From positions 1 to 54,088 of IMG/VR virus record IMGVR_UViG_3300037264_002957: DNA of 54,088 nt; one strand, written 5' to 3'. Made by a program: the position numbers and the translations under genes. Positions 15,651 through 24,593 of this stretch are shown here, in pieces. Each line of letters opens with the position of its first letter. Position 1 is the first letter of the stretch. Source of the DNA: a virus. Lineage: Duplodnaviria; Caudoviricetes. The notes below the pieces were generated by a model. It ran no database searches. It was not told where the DNA came from and saw only the letters and a program-made list of their open reading frames with translations.

Positions 15651-16068
15651 TCTTCCAGACGATCATCGGTCGATTGCGCGAATTCTTCCTGGCTCCGGAC
15701 GAGAGCACGTCCTTGGACTCAAACAGCTCCGACCGGCGCTTGCGGATCGTGGACGGCCCGTAGTCCTTGAATTGCGGCAACTGCTCGAGGTCCTCATCGG
15801 TCATGGGACCGTGCGTGCGCAGCGCCTCCAGCACCAGTTTGTGGAGTTCGGTCCGATGCTGGGCGACCGCGCCGGCGGCCGCTTTGGCGGTGGACGGGTC
15901 ACCGTGGCGCACCATGCCGGTCAGGTCGAGGTCTGACGCTCCCTGGTCGAACATCCCAGGCAGGACGCCAGTCTTGGCTGGCTTGGCCTTCGGCTGCCGG
16001 CACGTGCACCGCGTGACGCCATTACCGAACGGCGCCCAGCCGGTGTCATCGCAGCGTCCGCACGTCAC
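15634..16068 (-). CDS. zinc-finger plus winged-helix DNA-binding protein
   Basis: CGRC..GW...RCTC then VLEALRTHGPMTDEDL...TIRKRRSEL...IVW. Confidence 0.7.
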   Translation of the reverse strand: MTCGRCDDTGWAPFGNGVTRCTCRQPKAKPAKTGVLPGMFDQGASDLDLTGMVRHGDPSTAKAAAGAVAQHRTELHKLVLEALRTHGPMTDEDLEQLPQFKDYGPSTIRKRRSELFESKDVLSSGARKNSRNRPMIVWKIAEQA

Positions 16069-16217
16069 AGGTGTCTTTCGATGAAGTCGTCGAAGTCCAC
16101 CATGAGACGCCACGCGAGCCCGACGACGAGGCCGACGGTGGCCATACCGATGGCGACAAAGATCACCAATGTGCTCAAGGACTCGCGGATGTCGTCGATG
16201 AAGCGGAAGACGCGCAT
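16065..16217 (-). CDS. 50-aa single-pass membrane protein
   Basis: LVIFVAIGMATVGLVVGLAW; TAATG and GTGA coupling on both sides. Confidence 0.6.
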   Translation of the reverse strand: MRVFRFIDDIRESLSTLVIFVAIGMATVGLVVGLAWRLMVDFDDFIERHL

Positions 16218-16642
16218 TAAAAGAATCCGTCGAATTTTCGAATCTCTAACGCGCGCCGCTTCGTCTCTCGATGCGCTTCTCCGTAGCCGGAGGTTTCGCG
16301 CTCAAAGCGGTCGATCAGCGTGAGGAGGCGATCAATCTCGTGCCGGTAAAACTCCTCGACCCAGTGGTGATCGAGAATCGTGCGTCCGTTGAAACCTTTA
16401 AGCCCATCGTGTTCGAAGAGTCCTTCCGGGCGCTTCGGGTCCACCACGACGATCTCGACCGTCACACCTCGGTCGCGGCAGAGGTCCTTGAAATGTTTGC
16501 CCATACGGCTGTCGGTAAAGACCACACAGTCGCCGTCCTTGACGCTCTCCACCAGCGACGTGGTGCGGCCGGTGCGTCGGCTGGCCGCGAAATAGATCCC
16601 AACCGCGCCCTTGACGCCCGCGCCGATGCCGAAGTGATCCAT
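16217..16642 (-). CDS. small P-loop-like protein
   Basis: SRRTGRTT and ILDH motifs; SD agggag. Confidence 0.6.
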   Translation of the reverse strand: MDHFGIGAGVKGAVGIYFAASRRTGRTTSLVESVKDGDCVVFTDSRMGKHFKDLCRDRGVTVEIVVVDPKRPEGLFEHDGLKGFNGRTILDHHWVEEFYRHEIDRLLTLIDRFERETSGYGEAHRETKRRALEIRKFDGFF

Positions 16643-16866
16643 CAGCGGGTCTCCCTCTTGATCGACAGAGCGCACAGGGACACCGAGGAGATCGTGATCG
16701 CGGCCTTGCCGCTCACGCAGTCGTAGTAGCAGATCTTGTTGCGGCCGTCGACCTCTTCGGATCGGTAGAAGCAGGTTTCGGTGGGCTTCTTGGGTTTTGG
16801 CGTTGGCGTCGGCGTCTGTGTTGCCGTGGCCGCGAGGAACACCGCGAGCAGGAGTAGATATCGCAT
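16642..16866 (-). CDS. secreted small Cys-rich protein
   Basis: Signal peptide MRYLLLLAVFLAATA, TP linker, four Cys; TTGACA-N18-CATTAT directly upstream. Confidence 0.7.
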   Translation of the reverse strand: MRYLLLLAVFLAATATQTPTPTPKPKKPTETCFYRSEEVDGRNKICYYDCVSGKAAITISSVSLCALSIKRETR

Positions 16867-16993
16867 GGCGGAATAATGCTCTACGGAGATACTCCCTGTC
16901 AAGGCGGCCGTCCGACCGCTACAGGGTGTGGTAATCTCTTGCTAAGGGATTGGAAGGGTTGCGTGATTTGCGTCTCCTCCCCGTCTATTCCGT

Positions 16994-17070
16994 GAGCCGC
17001 CGGGTGACGCCGATTCACCCCCGGTGGAGCATCTGATTCAAAAGGGCAGATGCTTCGTGCCCGGCGGTTC
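16994..17070 (+). ncRNA. structured 5' leader (three-way junction)
   Basis: gagccgccgggt/gcccggcggttc stem enclosing two hairpins with ATTCA-containing loops. Confidence 0.5.
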
Positions 17071-17089
17071 TAAATTTTAGGGGTTCCCG

Positions 17090-17284
17090 ATGCCGTTCAT
17101 CCGCTACCGGTGCTGCCCGAAGTGCAAGGGCATCGTGGAAAAAGAGACGTCTGAGACCCCGTTCCCGCCGCGGGAAGTGCACGCGGTGCTGATCACGGTA
17201 GACGTCGGGCCGGACGTGACCAAGGAATTCGACGTCGGCTACAAACTCAAAGAGCGCTGCCCAGTCCAGCACTACCAGCCATGA
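17090..17284 (+). CDS. small CxxC protein
   Basis: SD aggggt; CPKC...CPVQH. Confidence 0.6.
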   Translation: MPFIRYRCCPKCKGIVEKETSETPFPPREVHAVLITVDVGPDVTKEFDVGYKLKERCPVQHYQP

Positions 17285-17333
17285 ACCGCCGTCAGTTCCT
17301 CAAGGCCGTCTACGCCGTGAGGCTCATGCAGTA

Positions 17334-17630
17334 ATGGACCGTCGCCGCTTTCTCGCCACGCTCGCCGCGGCCGCCGCCGGTGCCGTGCTGGATCCGGAGC
17401 GCCTCTTGTGGGTGCCAGGCCGGAAGGTCATCGTGTGCTTCCCCGGCACGATCACGTTGACAAAAGCCACCGCCGCGACGATCACGCTACCCCCGCCGAT
17501 GTTGACGCCTGAGATGGTCAGGGCTATCACGGCGTCCATGAAGGGCCTGTTTAGTGCAGAGGCTCTAGTGAAGGCTGACGCATTCATGCGGCTACCCCTG
17601 CCGCGGACCGAGCCGTTCTGGAATGCCTGA
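17334..17630 (+). CDS. twin-arginine signal domain phage protein
   Basis: MDRRRFLATLAAAAAGAVLDPERLLWVPG. Confidence 0.7.
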   Translation: MDRRRFLATLAAAAAGAVLDPERLLWVPGRKVIVCFPGTITLTKATAATITLPPPMLTPEMVRAITASMKGLFSAEALVKADAFMRLPLPRTEPFWNA

Positions 17631-17859
17631 CAAGCTCTATCAAGTGGAGGTCCGCACGAGCCCGGCCCGGCGCGACGAGCCGATTGACCCGTTCCAAGGG
17701 GAAGAGTGGCATCCGGTCCGGCGCCCGCGGGGCGGCATCCACAAGTTCGACGGGGAGTTTGAGGCCAAGTCCGCGATGGCCCGGCTCATCAAGGCGCAAC
17801 CCCATGCGCTCTTCCGCATCTCGATGATCGACATCGGCCGTCACCGCCGCCGGATCTAA
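17623..17859 (+). CDS. hypothetical protein
   Basis: Coupled overlap with previous ORF. Confidence 0.55.
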   Translation: MPDKLYQVEVRTSPARRDEPIDPFQGEEWHPVRRPRGGIHKFDGEFEAKSAMARLIKAQPHALFRISMIDIGRHRRRI

Positions 17860-18040
17860 AACCCGCCTTCCGTTTCCGCGTCCTCCCTGGGCGCGTGACT
17901 ATACCTCGTGCAGTAGATGGGATGGCCTGCGGTGTGCGCGCACGCACGCTGGGGGCCCGTGAGCCGGGCAAACACCGTCGCCCACTCGCAGAAGTAGTCA
18001 CGATTTTGACGGGTTAGTTTTGTAACTTGAGGGCGACACC

Positions 18041-18475
18041 ATGAGAGATATGGGCAACGTACCAGGCCAGGCGAGTATGAAAGCGAGCGTCGGCAAGAAG
18101 AAGGATTCCGCGAAGGTGGTCGATGAGATCACGATCAAGGTCGCGGAGAACAAAGGCGTCACCGTCACGGTGCGCGAGCGGTACAAGAACGACCAGGACC
18201 GCAGCGGCGGCGAGGTCTTTCCCTTCTCGGAGCCGAAGACCTTCGTGTATCCGAGCTGGGATGAGGCCGCCGGGTTCATTGGCGGTGTCGTGTCGTCCGG
18301 CTCGCTCGCCGGCGCGGCCCCGGCGGCGGCTGATGAGCCTCCGATGGCGCCACCGACCGGCACCATGGGTGAGCTGACCACCGATGAGATCGATGACGGC
18401 ATGGCTAAGGCCGGCATGGTGATGGGCTCCGAGCAGCCGGACACCTACAAGTCGATGCGCAGCGGGATGCGATAA
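18041..18475 (+). CDS. hypothetical protein
   Basis: SD gaggg. Confidence 0.65.
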   Translation: MRDMGNVPGQASMKASVGKKKDSAKVVDEITIKVAENKGVTVTVRERYKNDQDRSGGEVFPFSEPKTFVYPSWDEAAGFIGGVVSSGSLAGAAPAAADEPPMAPPTGTMGELTTDEIDDGMAKAGMVMGSEQPDTYKSMRSGMR

Positions 18476-18517
18476 GTCCAGTTGGGCCGCACCACGCGGC
18501 CTTTTATCCTGACCGCC

Positions 18518-18760
18518 ATGGACATGAAGTGGAAGGGGCGACGCGAAAGTCAGAACGTGGTGGACCGACGGCCGCGGCCGCGTGTCTATGCGCCGCCAGG
18601 CAAGGGGCCAGGGCCAGTGGTGGGGAGTCCTGATTGGGCACCAACCGGCAGAGGGCCTGGGCCAGTGCTTGGAGCGGTCCTCGATGTGCCTCGCAATCCC
18701 ATGAGCGGCATCTCTTCGAGTTTAGCGAAGTCGGCGTCACGTAGAAGCAAAAGTAAATAA
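18518..18760 (+). CDS. Pro/Gly-rich basic peptide with YpfJ-like N-terminus
   Basis: MKWKGRRESQNVVDRR; TATCCT 7 nt upstream of ATG. Confidence 0.45.
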   Translation: MDMKWKGRRESQNVVDRRPRPRVYAPPGKGPGPVVGSPDWAPTGRGPGPVLGAVLDVPRNPMSGISSSLAKSASRRSKSK

Positions 18761-18844
18761 GGAGCGGATCTCATGGCGAAGTCAGGCATGGCAAAAGTGA
18801 AGTGGGTCGCGGGCTGCAGCGGCGGGAAGAAGAAGAAGTAGGCC

Positions 18845-19138
18845 GTGGAACTCCCTCCTGGGCTGCCGTCAGCCGCAGAGTTCGAGAAGCTCGATCGGAT
18901 TTCCCGCGAACAGTGGCGCCTGGTGATGGCGCGGGTGTTCATCTCCGACATGGGCGCCGATGTCCTGCGCGAGATCTGCGCGCGCGGCAAACTCGAGTGG
19001 CGGATGCAGTTCAAGCAGATCCAGGGGAAGCACAGCCTGCGTGAGGATGACGTCGACTGGATCTTCGAGGCGTTCAAGGCTGAGATCCGCCGGCGCGATC
19101 GCCTCGTCGGGCACGTGCAACAGGTCAGCCGGAATTGA
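18845..19138 (+). CDS. hypothetical protein
   Basis: 97-aa ORF upstream of portal. Confidence 0.55.
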   Translation: MELPPGLPSAAEFEKLDRISREQWRLVMARVFISDMGADVLREICARGKLEWRMQFKQIQGKHSLREDDVDWIFEAFKAEIRRRDRLVGHVQQVSRN

Positions 19139-19395
19139 CCCTGCGGGTACCGGTGGCCCGTCCGATGCAGGGCGGGTTTGGCGAGAAGGCGCTGGCGATT
19201 CTGACGCTCTGTGCGATGCCGGAGCACGACCGCCATCACCCGGTGTATTTCCGCGAACTGTGCGACAAATTCTCCGAGAAATCCGTGATCCTCAAACTGC
19301 ATGAACTCCACGAGCGTGGGTACATCGAGCGTGCCGCGGTGTCCGCGCTGACCCCGCGTGGGATCCACGCGTTGGAGTCCCAACCCCGTGCATAA
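19135..19395 (+). CDS. winged-helix-like small protein
   Basis: LHELHERGYIE...ALTPRGI. Confidence 0.55.
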   Translation: MTLRVPVARPMQGGFGEKALAILTLCAMPEHDRHHPVYFRELCDKFSEKSVILKLHELHERGYIERAAVSALTPRGIHALESQPRA

Positions 19396-21757
19396 CGACG
19401 ACTTCCGCACCGCCGGACCGGACGACCCGGTGACCACGAACGTCCCGATGTCCCTGGCCGTGGCGGAGAAGAACGAACTGCAGGTCCAGAAGTTCATGGC
19501 GACGATGCGCCGGCGGTTCCGCCTGTGCGCCGATGCCGAGAATGAGTCCCGGATGCACCAGGCCGACGACCGGGCCTTCCGGGCCTCCAGACAGTGGGAC
19601 GAAGAGACGCTGCAGGAACGCGCGCGCGACAACCGCCCGTGCATGACGATCAACCGCATCCCGCAGTTTCTGTCGCAGGTCACGAATCAGGCGCGCGCGT
19701 CGAAACCCTCGATTACGGTCGTGCCGCTGGGCGGCGGGGCCCGCGTCGACACGGCCAATTACCTCCAGGGCCTCATCCGCGATATCGAACTGAAGTCCGA
19801 CGCGGATATCTCCTACATGACGGCGGCCGACAGCCAAGCGGAAATCGGACTGGGGTACATCAAGATCGACACGGAACTGGTCGATAGCGATGACGGCTCC
19901 CCGAGTTTCGATTCGGAGCCGCGGATTCGGCGCATCCGTAACCGGTTCTCCATCTACATGGACCCGTCGGTCCAGGAATTCGACGCCAGCGACTCGAAGT
20001 TTTGTTTCCAGGTCGAAGACCTGACGCCGGACGAATTCGACAGTCGGTACGGCGAAAAGACCCCGCGCGCCTCGCTCGAGGAGTTCGCCACGATTGGCGA
20101 CGACCGGCTCCTGTGGCTCCCTGGGGGCAGCGTCCGCGTGGCCCATTACTGGTATGTCGAAGAGGTGCCGGAAACCATCCTCAGTCTGCGGTTTCCAGAT
20201 GGGACCAAGGCCATCCTGAAAGAGGGCGCGATCGACCTGAAACTCGCTGGCGCCACCGTCGAGGGCAGCCGCGTGAAGCTCAAGCGCGTGGTCCGGAGCT
20301 GCGTCGTCAACGGCGTGGGGATCCTCGAGGGCGCCGATGACACCGGGAGGCAGGGGGCCATCTGGCCGAGCAAGTACATCCCCATCGTGCCGGTCATCGG
20401 CAACGAAGTGCTCCTCGACGGCAAGATCGACTACCGCGGCATGGTCCGTGACGCCAAGGAGCCACAGCGCGCCTACAACTACTGGGTGACCGCCACGGTC
20501 GAGGCCGTCGCGCTGGCGCCCAAAGCCCCGTGGATCCTGGCGGACGGCCAGAACGAAAACTACGAGGAGCAGTGGGACCAGGCGAACGTCAAGAATTTCT
20601 CGGCGCTGTACTACACCCCGGTGTCGGTCAATGGGCAGTTAGCGCCACCACCGCAGCGCAACGCCGTGGAACCCCCCATCATGGCGATGTCGAGCCTGAT
20701 TCGTCAGGCGGACAACGACCTGAAGGCCACGATGGGCTTCTACGACGCGAGCCTGGGCCAGACGGGGCCCGAGCAGTCCGGCAAGGCCATCCTGGCTCGG
20801 CAGAAACAGGGCGAGATCGGCAATTCCCAGTACCTCGACAACCTCTCGCGCGCGATTCGGCAGGTCGGTCGGATCTGCCTCGACCTCATCGGCAATCTCT
20901 ATGATACCGAGCGGATCGTCCGGATCATTGGCGACAACGGCAAGCCGGCGATGGTCAAGCACGACCCCAACGGGCCGCCGCAGCCGGAGACCCAGCAGGT
21001 CCCCGAGGGTATCCAGGCGATCGTGAACCTGACGGCGGGCCGGTACGACGTCACCATCAGCGTGGGTCCGAGCTTCTTGTCGCGCCGGCAGGAAGCGGTC
21101 GCGCAGATGGGCGAACTCATGGGCCAGAATCCGAACCTGGCGCAGGTCATCGCGGACCTCTGGATCAGCAACATGGATGCGCCGTGGGCCGCGGAAGCGG
21201 CGGCGCGGCTACGCCGGATGGTCCCGCCGCAGATTCTGGGGGAGGACGGCGCCGCACAACTGCCGCCCGAGGCCGCGGCCAAGATTCAGGAAATGACCAT
21301 GCAGCTCCAGCAGGCCGCCCAGATGGTGCAGATGCTGCAGCAAAAGATGGCGGTCAACGAGCAGAAGTTGGCGTCCAAGGAACTCGAGGCGCAGGCCCGG
21401 ATCGAGGCTGAACGGATTCAGTCTGAAACGCAGGAGCGCATCACGCGCATGGAGCTGGACGCCAGGGCCACGCTCGCCAGGGTCGAGGCCGAGATCAAGT
21501 TGGCCATCGCGGAAATGAAAATCCAGGCCGACGCCAAACGTGACATGGCGAAGGTGGCCATGGAGCGCGAGCGCGAATCGATCCGGCAGCAGACCGACGC
21601 GGAGCAGGCCGAGCGCGACCGCGAGGAATCACGCCTCAACACAGAGCGCGATCGCGAGGAAGCGCGCTATCACGCCGAGCGCACCCATCAAGAGGCGCGA
21701 CTCGCGGCGGCAAATAAACCAGACAAGGCGACGAAGCCCGTGCGGAAGCGTCCGTAA
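19388..21757 (+). CDS. P22-like portal protein
   Basis: QW....R...RPCMTINRI, IPIVPVIG, GMVRDAKEPQRAYNY, SGKAILARQKQG, GRYDVTISVGPSF.SRRQE; long C-terminal coiled-coil barrel; likely GTG start 19388 after ggag. Confidence 0.93.
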   Translation: MHNDDFRTAGPDDPVTTNVPMSLAVAEKNELQVQKFMATMRRRFRLCADAENESRMHQADDRAFRASRQWDEETLQERARDNRPCMTINRIPQFLSQVTNQARASKPSITVVPLGGGARVDTANYLQGLIRDIELKSDADISYMTAADSQAEIGLGYIKIDTELVDSDDGSPSFDSEPRIRRIRNRFSIYMDPSVQEFDASDSKFCFQVEDLTPDEFDSRYGEKTPRASLEEFATIGDDRLLWLPGGSVRVAHYWYVEEVPETILSLRFPDGTKAILKEGAIDLKLAGATVEGSRVKLKRVVRSCVVNGVGILEGADDTGRQGAIWPSKYIPIVPVIGNEVLLDGKIDYRGMVRDAKEPQRAYNYWVTATVEAVALAPKAPWILADGQNENYEEQWDQANVKNFSALYYTPVSVNGQLAPPPQRNAVEPPIMAMSSLIRQADNDLKATMGFYDASLGQTGPEQSGKAILARQKQGEIGNSQYLDNLSRAIRQVGRICLDLIGNLYDTERIVRIIGDNGKPAMVKHDPNGPPQPETQQVPEGIQAIVNLTAGRYDVTISVGPSFLSRRQEAVAQMGELMGQNPNLAQVIADLWISNMDAPWAAEAAARLRRMVPPQILGEDGAAQLPPEAAAKIQEMTMQLQQAAQMVQMLQQKMAVNEQKLASKELEAQARIEAERIQSETQERITRMELDARATLARVEAEIKLAIAEMKIQADAKRDMAKVAMERERESIRQQTDAEQAERDREESRLNTERDREEARYHAERTHQEARLAAANKPDKATKPVRKRP

Positions 21758-21815
21758 GGGGTCCATTTGGGTCGGATGTGCGGTTGGGGCGACTATCGTG
21801 ATCGTTAAGGGGTGA

Positions 21816-22859
21816 GTGAAGGGATTGGCTGTGGAAGAACGATTCAACGCGGCATCAACCACCGACTCGCTGGCAGACATCGCCGCGGCGTTGGGCGAGC
21901 CTGTGCCTGAAGAGAAGCCAGTCGCCGCCGCGCCCAAGGCGGAAGTCAAGGCGGACCCCGTAGCCGCGGATCCCGATCCCAATGCCGATCCTGGCGATGA
22001 GCCCGAGCCTGGTGGTGAGGAGGAGCCCTCGCCAGAACCTCAGAAAGCCAGCGCCCCACAGCGTCGTCGCGGCAAGCCAGGCGCCGAGGAGCGCATCAGC
22101 CAACTCACCGCGGAAAACCGGAAACGGCTGTTCAACGAAACCATCCTGGCCGAAGAAAAGGCACGTCTGGCCGAGGAAAACGCCGCCCTCAAGCAGCGCC
22201 TTGAGTCGGCGGCCAAGCCGGCCGCGGCCGCAGCAGAACCGGCCGAGGCTCCAAAGCCGACGGCCGATCCCGCTCGACCGAAGCAGGAAGATTACGAGAA
22301 CTACGAAGACTTCGTGGAGGCGTTGACCGATTACAAGGTCGAGCGCCGCATCGCGCAGGAGCGCGCCGCATCCGCCGCGGCCGCCGAGCGCTATCAGCGC
22401 GAACAGGAACAGGCCATCTTCGAAGATTCCCTCGATCAGGCCGCCGCCGTCTACGAGGATTTCCATGACGTGCTCGAGCGCGGCAAGGATCTGCCGGTGA
22501 CCGAGCCCATGAAGGACGCCATCAAGACCTCGCCACTCGCGGGGCATTTGATGTACTTCCTCAATCGCAACGCGGACCTCTGCGTGAAACTCGCGCGGAT
22601 GCGCCCGTCGGTCGCGGTGAAGGAAATCGGCAAGATTGAATCGGCCATTGCGCGCGCCAGCAGACCACCGGCGCCAAAGGATGCTGCGCCAGCCGAGAAA
22701 ACCGCGGAGACGCCGCAGCGGCAGGTGTCGCGGGCGCCGGCGCCGCCGCCATCCGTGCGAAGCGGTGGTGGGAACACGGGACTGCCAAAGGATCTGCGGC
22801 AGATCACGACGCTGGCTGACTGGGAAGCCGCGCGCGAGGCGCAGGGCGGCGGCCGATAA
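21816..22859 (+). CDS. capsid scaffolding protein
   Basis: Between portal and coat; acidic/Pro N-terminus, coiled coil, PKQEDYENYEDFVEALTDY, YFLNRN, VSRAPAP. Confidence 0.85.
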   Translation: MKGLAVEERFNAASTTDSLADIAAALGEPVPEEKPVAAAPKAEVKADPVAADPDPNADPGDEPEPGGEEEPSPEPQKASAPQRRRGKPGAEERISQLTAENRKRLFNETILAEEKARLAEENAALKQRLESAAKPAAAAAEPAEAPKPTADPARPKQEDYENYEDFVEALTDYKVERRIAQERAASAAAAERYQREQEQAIFEDSLDQAAAVYEDFHDVLERGKDLPVTEPMKDAIKTSPLAGHLMYFLNRNADLCVKLARMRPSVAVKEIGKIESAIARASRPPAPKDAAPAEKTAETPQRQVSRAPAPPPSVRSGGGNTGLPKDLRQITTLADWEAAREAQGGGR

Positions 22860-22860
22860 C

Positions 22861-23153
22861 TTTCGTGACGCGCGTGACCCGTCAGTGCGGTCGCGCGATG
22901 TTGCGGAGAGCCTGCGGGCTCTCACGTTGAAAGCACTGACAGGCGCCGTGGTGCGGCCTGGGTTGTTCGGTGACGATACCCGAGACTGAAGGATGCCACC
23001 GGGGGGTTGTGACTGGCCCCGTTCGTGCTCCGGCACGTGTACGACAGCGAACTCGCGCGATGGTCGAGTTCACCCCAGTCCTGCATGGCCATCGTGTTGC
23101 CGTAACTGTTCGCAGGCCGCGGCGCCCTGCTCTGAACCTTTTTTGTGAGGGCA
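22861..23153 (+). ncRNA. highly structured intergenic leader of coat gene with pseudoknots
   Basis: Multiple complementary stems and two loop-distal pairings (see findings). Confidence 0.55.
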
Positions 23154-23160
23154 CAACCCG

Positions 23161-24525
23161 ATGCGTACCATTGCCATGTCCGTGCGTACAGCCTATCTGG
23201 CGCTGACGACGATTGTCGTCTTGTCGCTGGGGCTCATCGCCAGTTCACTTCTCCACGACACCACGCTCTACACCGCGCTCTTTGGACACGGCGATGTCCT
23301 GCGCGGCGACCCAACCCTCCTGACGATCACGATGATCACCCTCGAGGCGTTGCGGACCCTCAAAAACCAGCTTTCGTTCACCAAGGGCGTGCGTCGGAAT
23401 TACGACGACAGCTTTGGTGTCGAGGGCGCCAAGATCGGCACCGTCCTCAACGTCCGCAAGCCACCCCGTTACGTGGGCCGGACCGGACAGCGGATGCAGA
23501 TCGAGGACTCGACCGAGCAGTCCGTGCCGGTCACGCTGAACACGCAGTTCGGCGTGGACTTCCAGTTCTCCAGCTCGGACCTCAAGCTCTCCATTGACCA
23601 GTTCAAGGAGCGCTTCCTGATGCCGGCCGTGTCGGCCATCGCGAACAAGGTCGACTACGAAGGCCTCCAGCTCTACAACCAGATCGCCAACGTCGTCGGC
23701 ACGCCTGGCACGATGCCCACCGACTGGGGCACCTACCTCGACGCCGGCGTGAAGATGGACGAGGAAGCCGCGCCCAACGACGACCAGCGCTCGGTCATCC
23801 TGACGCCTAAGATGCAGAAGACGATCGTCAATGCGCTCAAGGGCCTGTTCCAGGATTCAAGCGAAATCAAGAAGCAGTACCGCAAGGGCATCATGGGCAC
23901 CTCGGGCGGCTTCGACTGGGCGGTTGACCAGAACGTGGCGGTGCACACCGTCGGCCCGCTGGGTGGCACCCCGCTCGTTAACGGTGCGAACCAGACCGGA
24001 TCGTCGGTCATCACCGATGCGTGGACAGCCGCCGCGGCCAACCGCCTCAAGCGCGGCGACGTGGTCCAGTTCGCCGGCTGCTTCGCGGTCAACCCGCAGA
24101 ACCGTCAGTCCACGGGATCGCTCCGTGACTTCGTGGTCACGGCCGACACGTCGTCGGACGGCGCCGGCAACCTGACGATTCCGATCAACCCCCCGATCGT
24201 GATCTCGGGCGCGTTCCAGAACGTGACCAACGCTCCGGCGAACAACACCGCGGTGACGATCTTCGGATCGGCCACGGCTTACGCGAGCGTGGTCACGCCG
24301 CAGGGCATGGCGCATCACCGTGATGCGTTCACGCTGGCGTGCGCCGACCTGCCGCTGCCGGGTGGGGTGGACAAGGCCGCGCGCATCGCGGACCCCGACC
24401 TCGGTCTGTCCATCCGCATGGTGCGGGACTACAGCATCGAAACGGACTTCTGGCCCGTACGTCTGGACATCCTCTTCGGATGGGCCGTCCTGCGCCAGGA
24501 GTTGGCGTGCCGGATCGCCGCGTAA
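23161..24525 (+). CDS. P22-like major capsid (coat) protein with N-terminal hydrophobic extension
   Basis: TLLTITMITLEAL, YDDSFGVEGAKIGTVLNVRKP, HRDAFTLACADL, RLDILFGW...RQELACRI. Confidence 0.93.
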   Translation: MRTIAMSVRTAYLALTTIVVLSLGLIASSLLHDTTLYTALFGHGDVLRGDPTLLTITMITLEALRTLKNQLSFTKGVRRNYDDSFGVEGAKIGTVLNVRKPPRYVGRTGQRMQIEDSTEQSVPVTLNTQFGVDFQFSSSDLKLSIDQFKERFLMPAVSAIANKVDYEGLQLYNQIANVVGTPGTMPTDWGTYLDAGVKMDEEAAPNDDQRSVILTPKMQKTIVNALKGLFQDSSEIKKQYRKGIMGTSGGFDWAVDQNVAVHTVGPLGGTPLVNGANQTGSSVITDAWTAAAANRLKRGDVVQFAGCFAVNPQNRQSTGSLRDFVVTADTSSDGAGNLTIPINPPIVISGAFQNVTNAPANNTAVTIFGSATAYASVVTPQGMAHHRDAFTLACADLPLPGGVDKAARIADPDLGLSIRMVRDYSIETDFWPVRLDILFGWAVLRQELACRIAA

Positions 24526-24593
24526 GCGGCCATGCCCGACGCCGGTAGCGATATCGGCGTCGGGAGGCTTTCATTTTTCGAGGAGAACCAGAC

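Noticed and set aside
22857-22940. Stop-codon readthrough of scaffold stimulated by the downstream pseudoknot
   Set aside because: Another in-frame stop (TGA) follows within three codons
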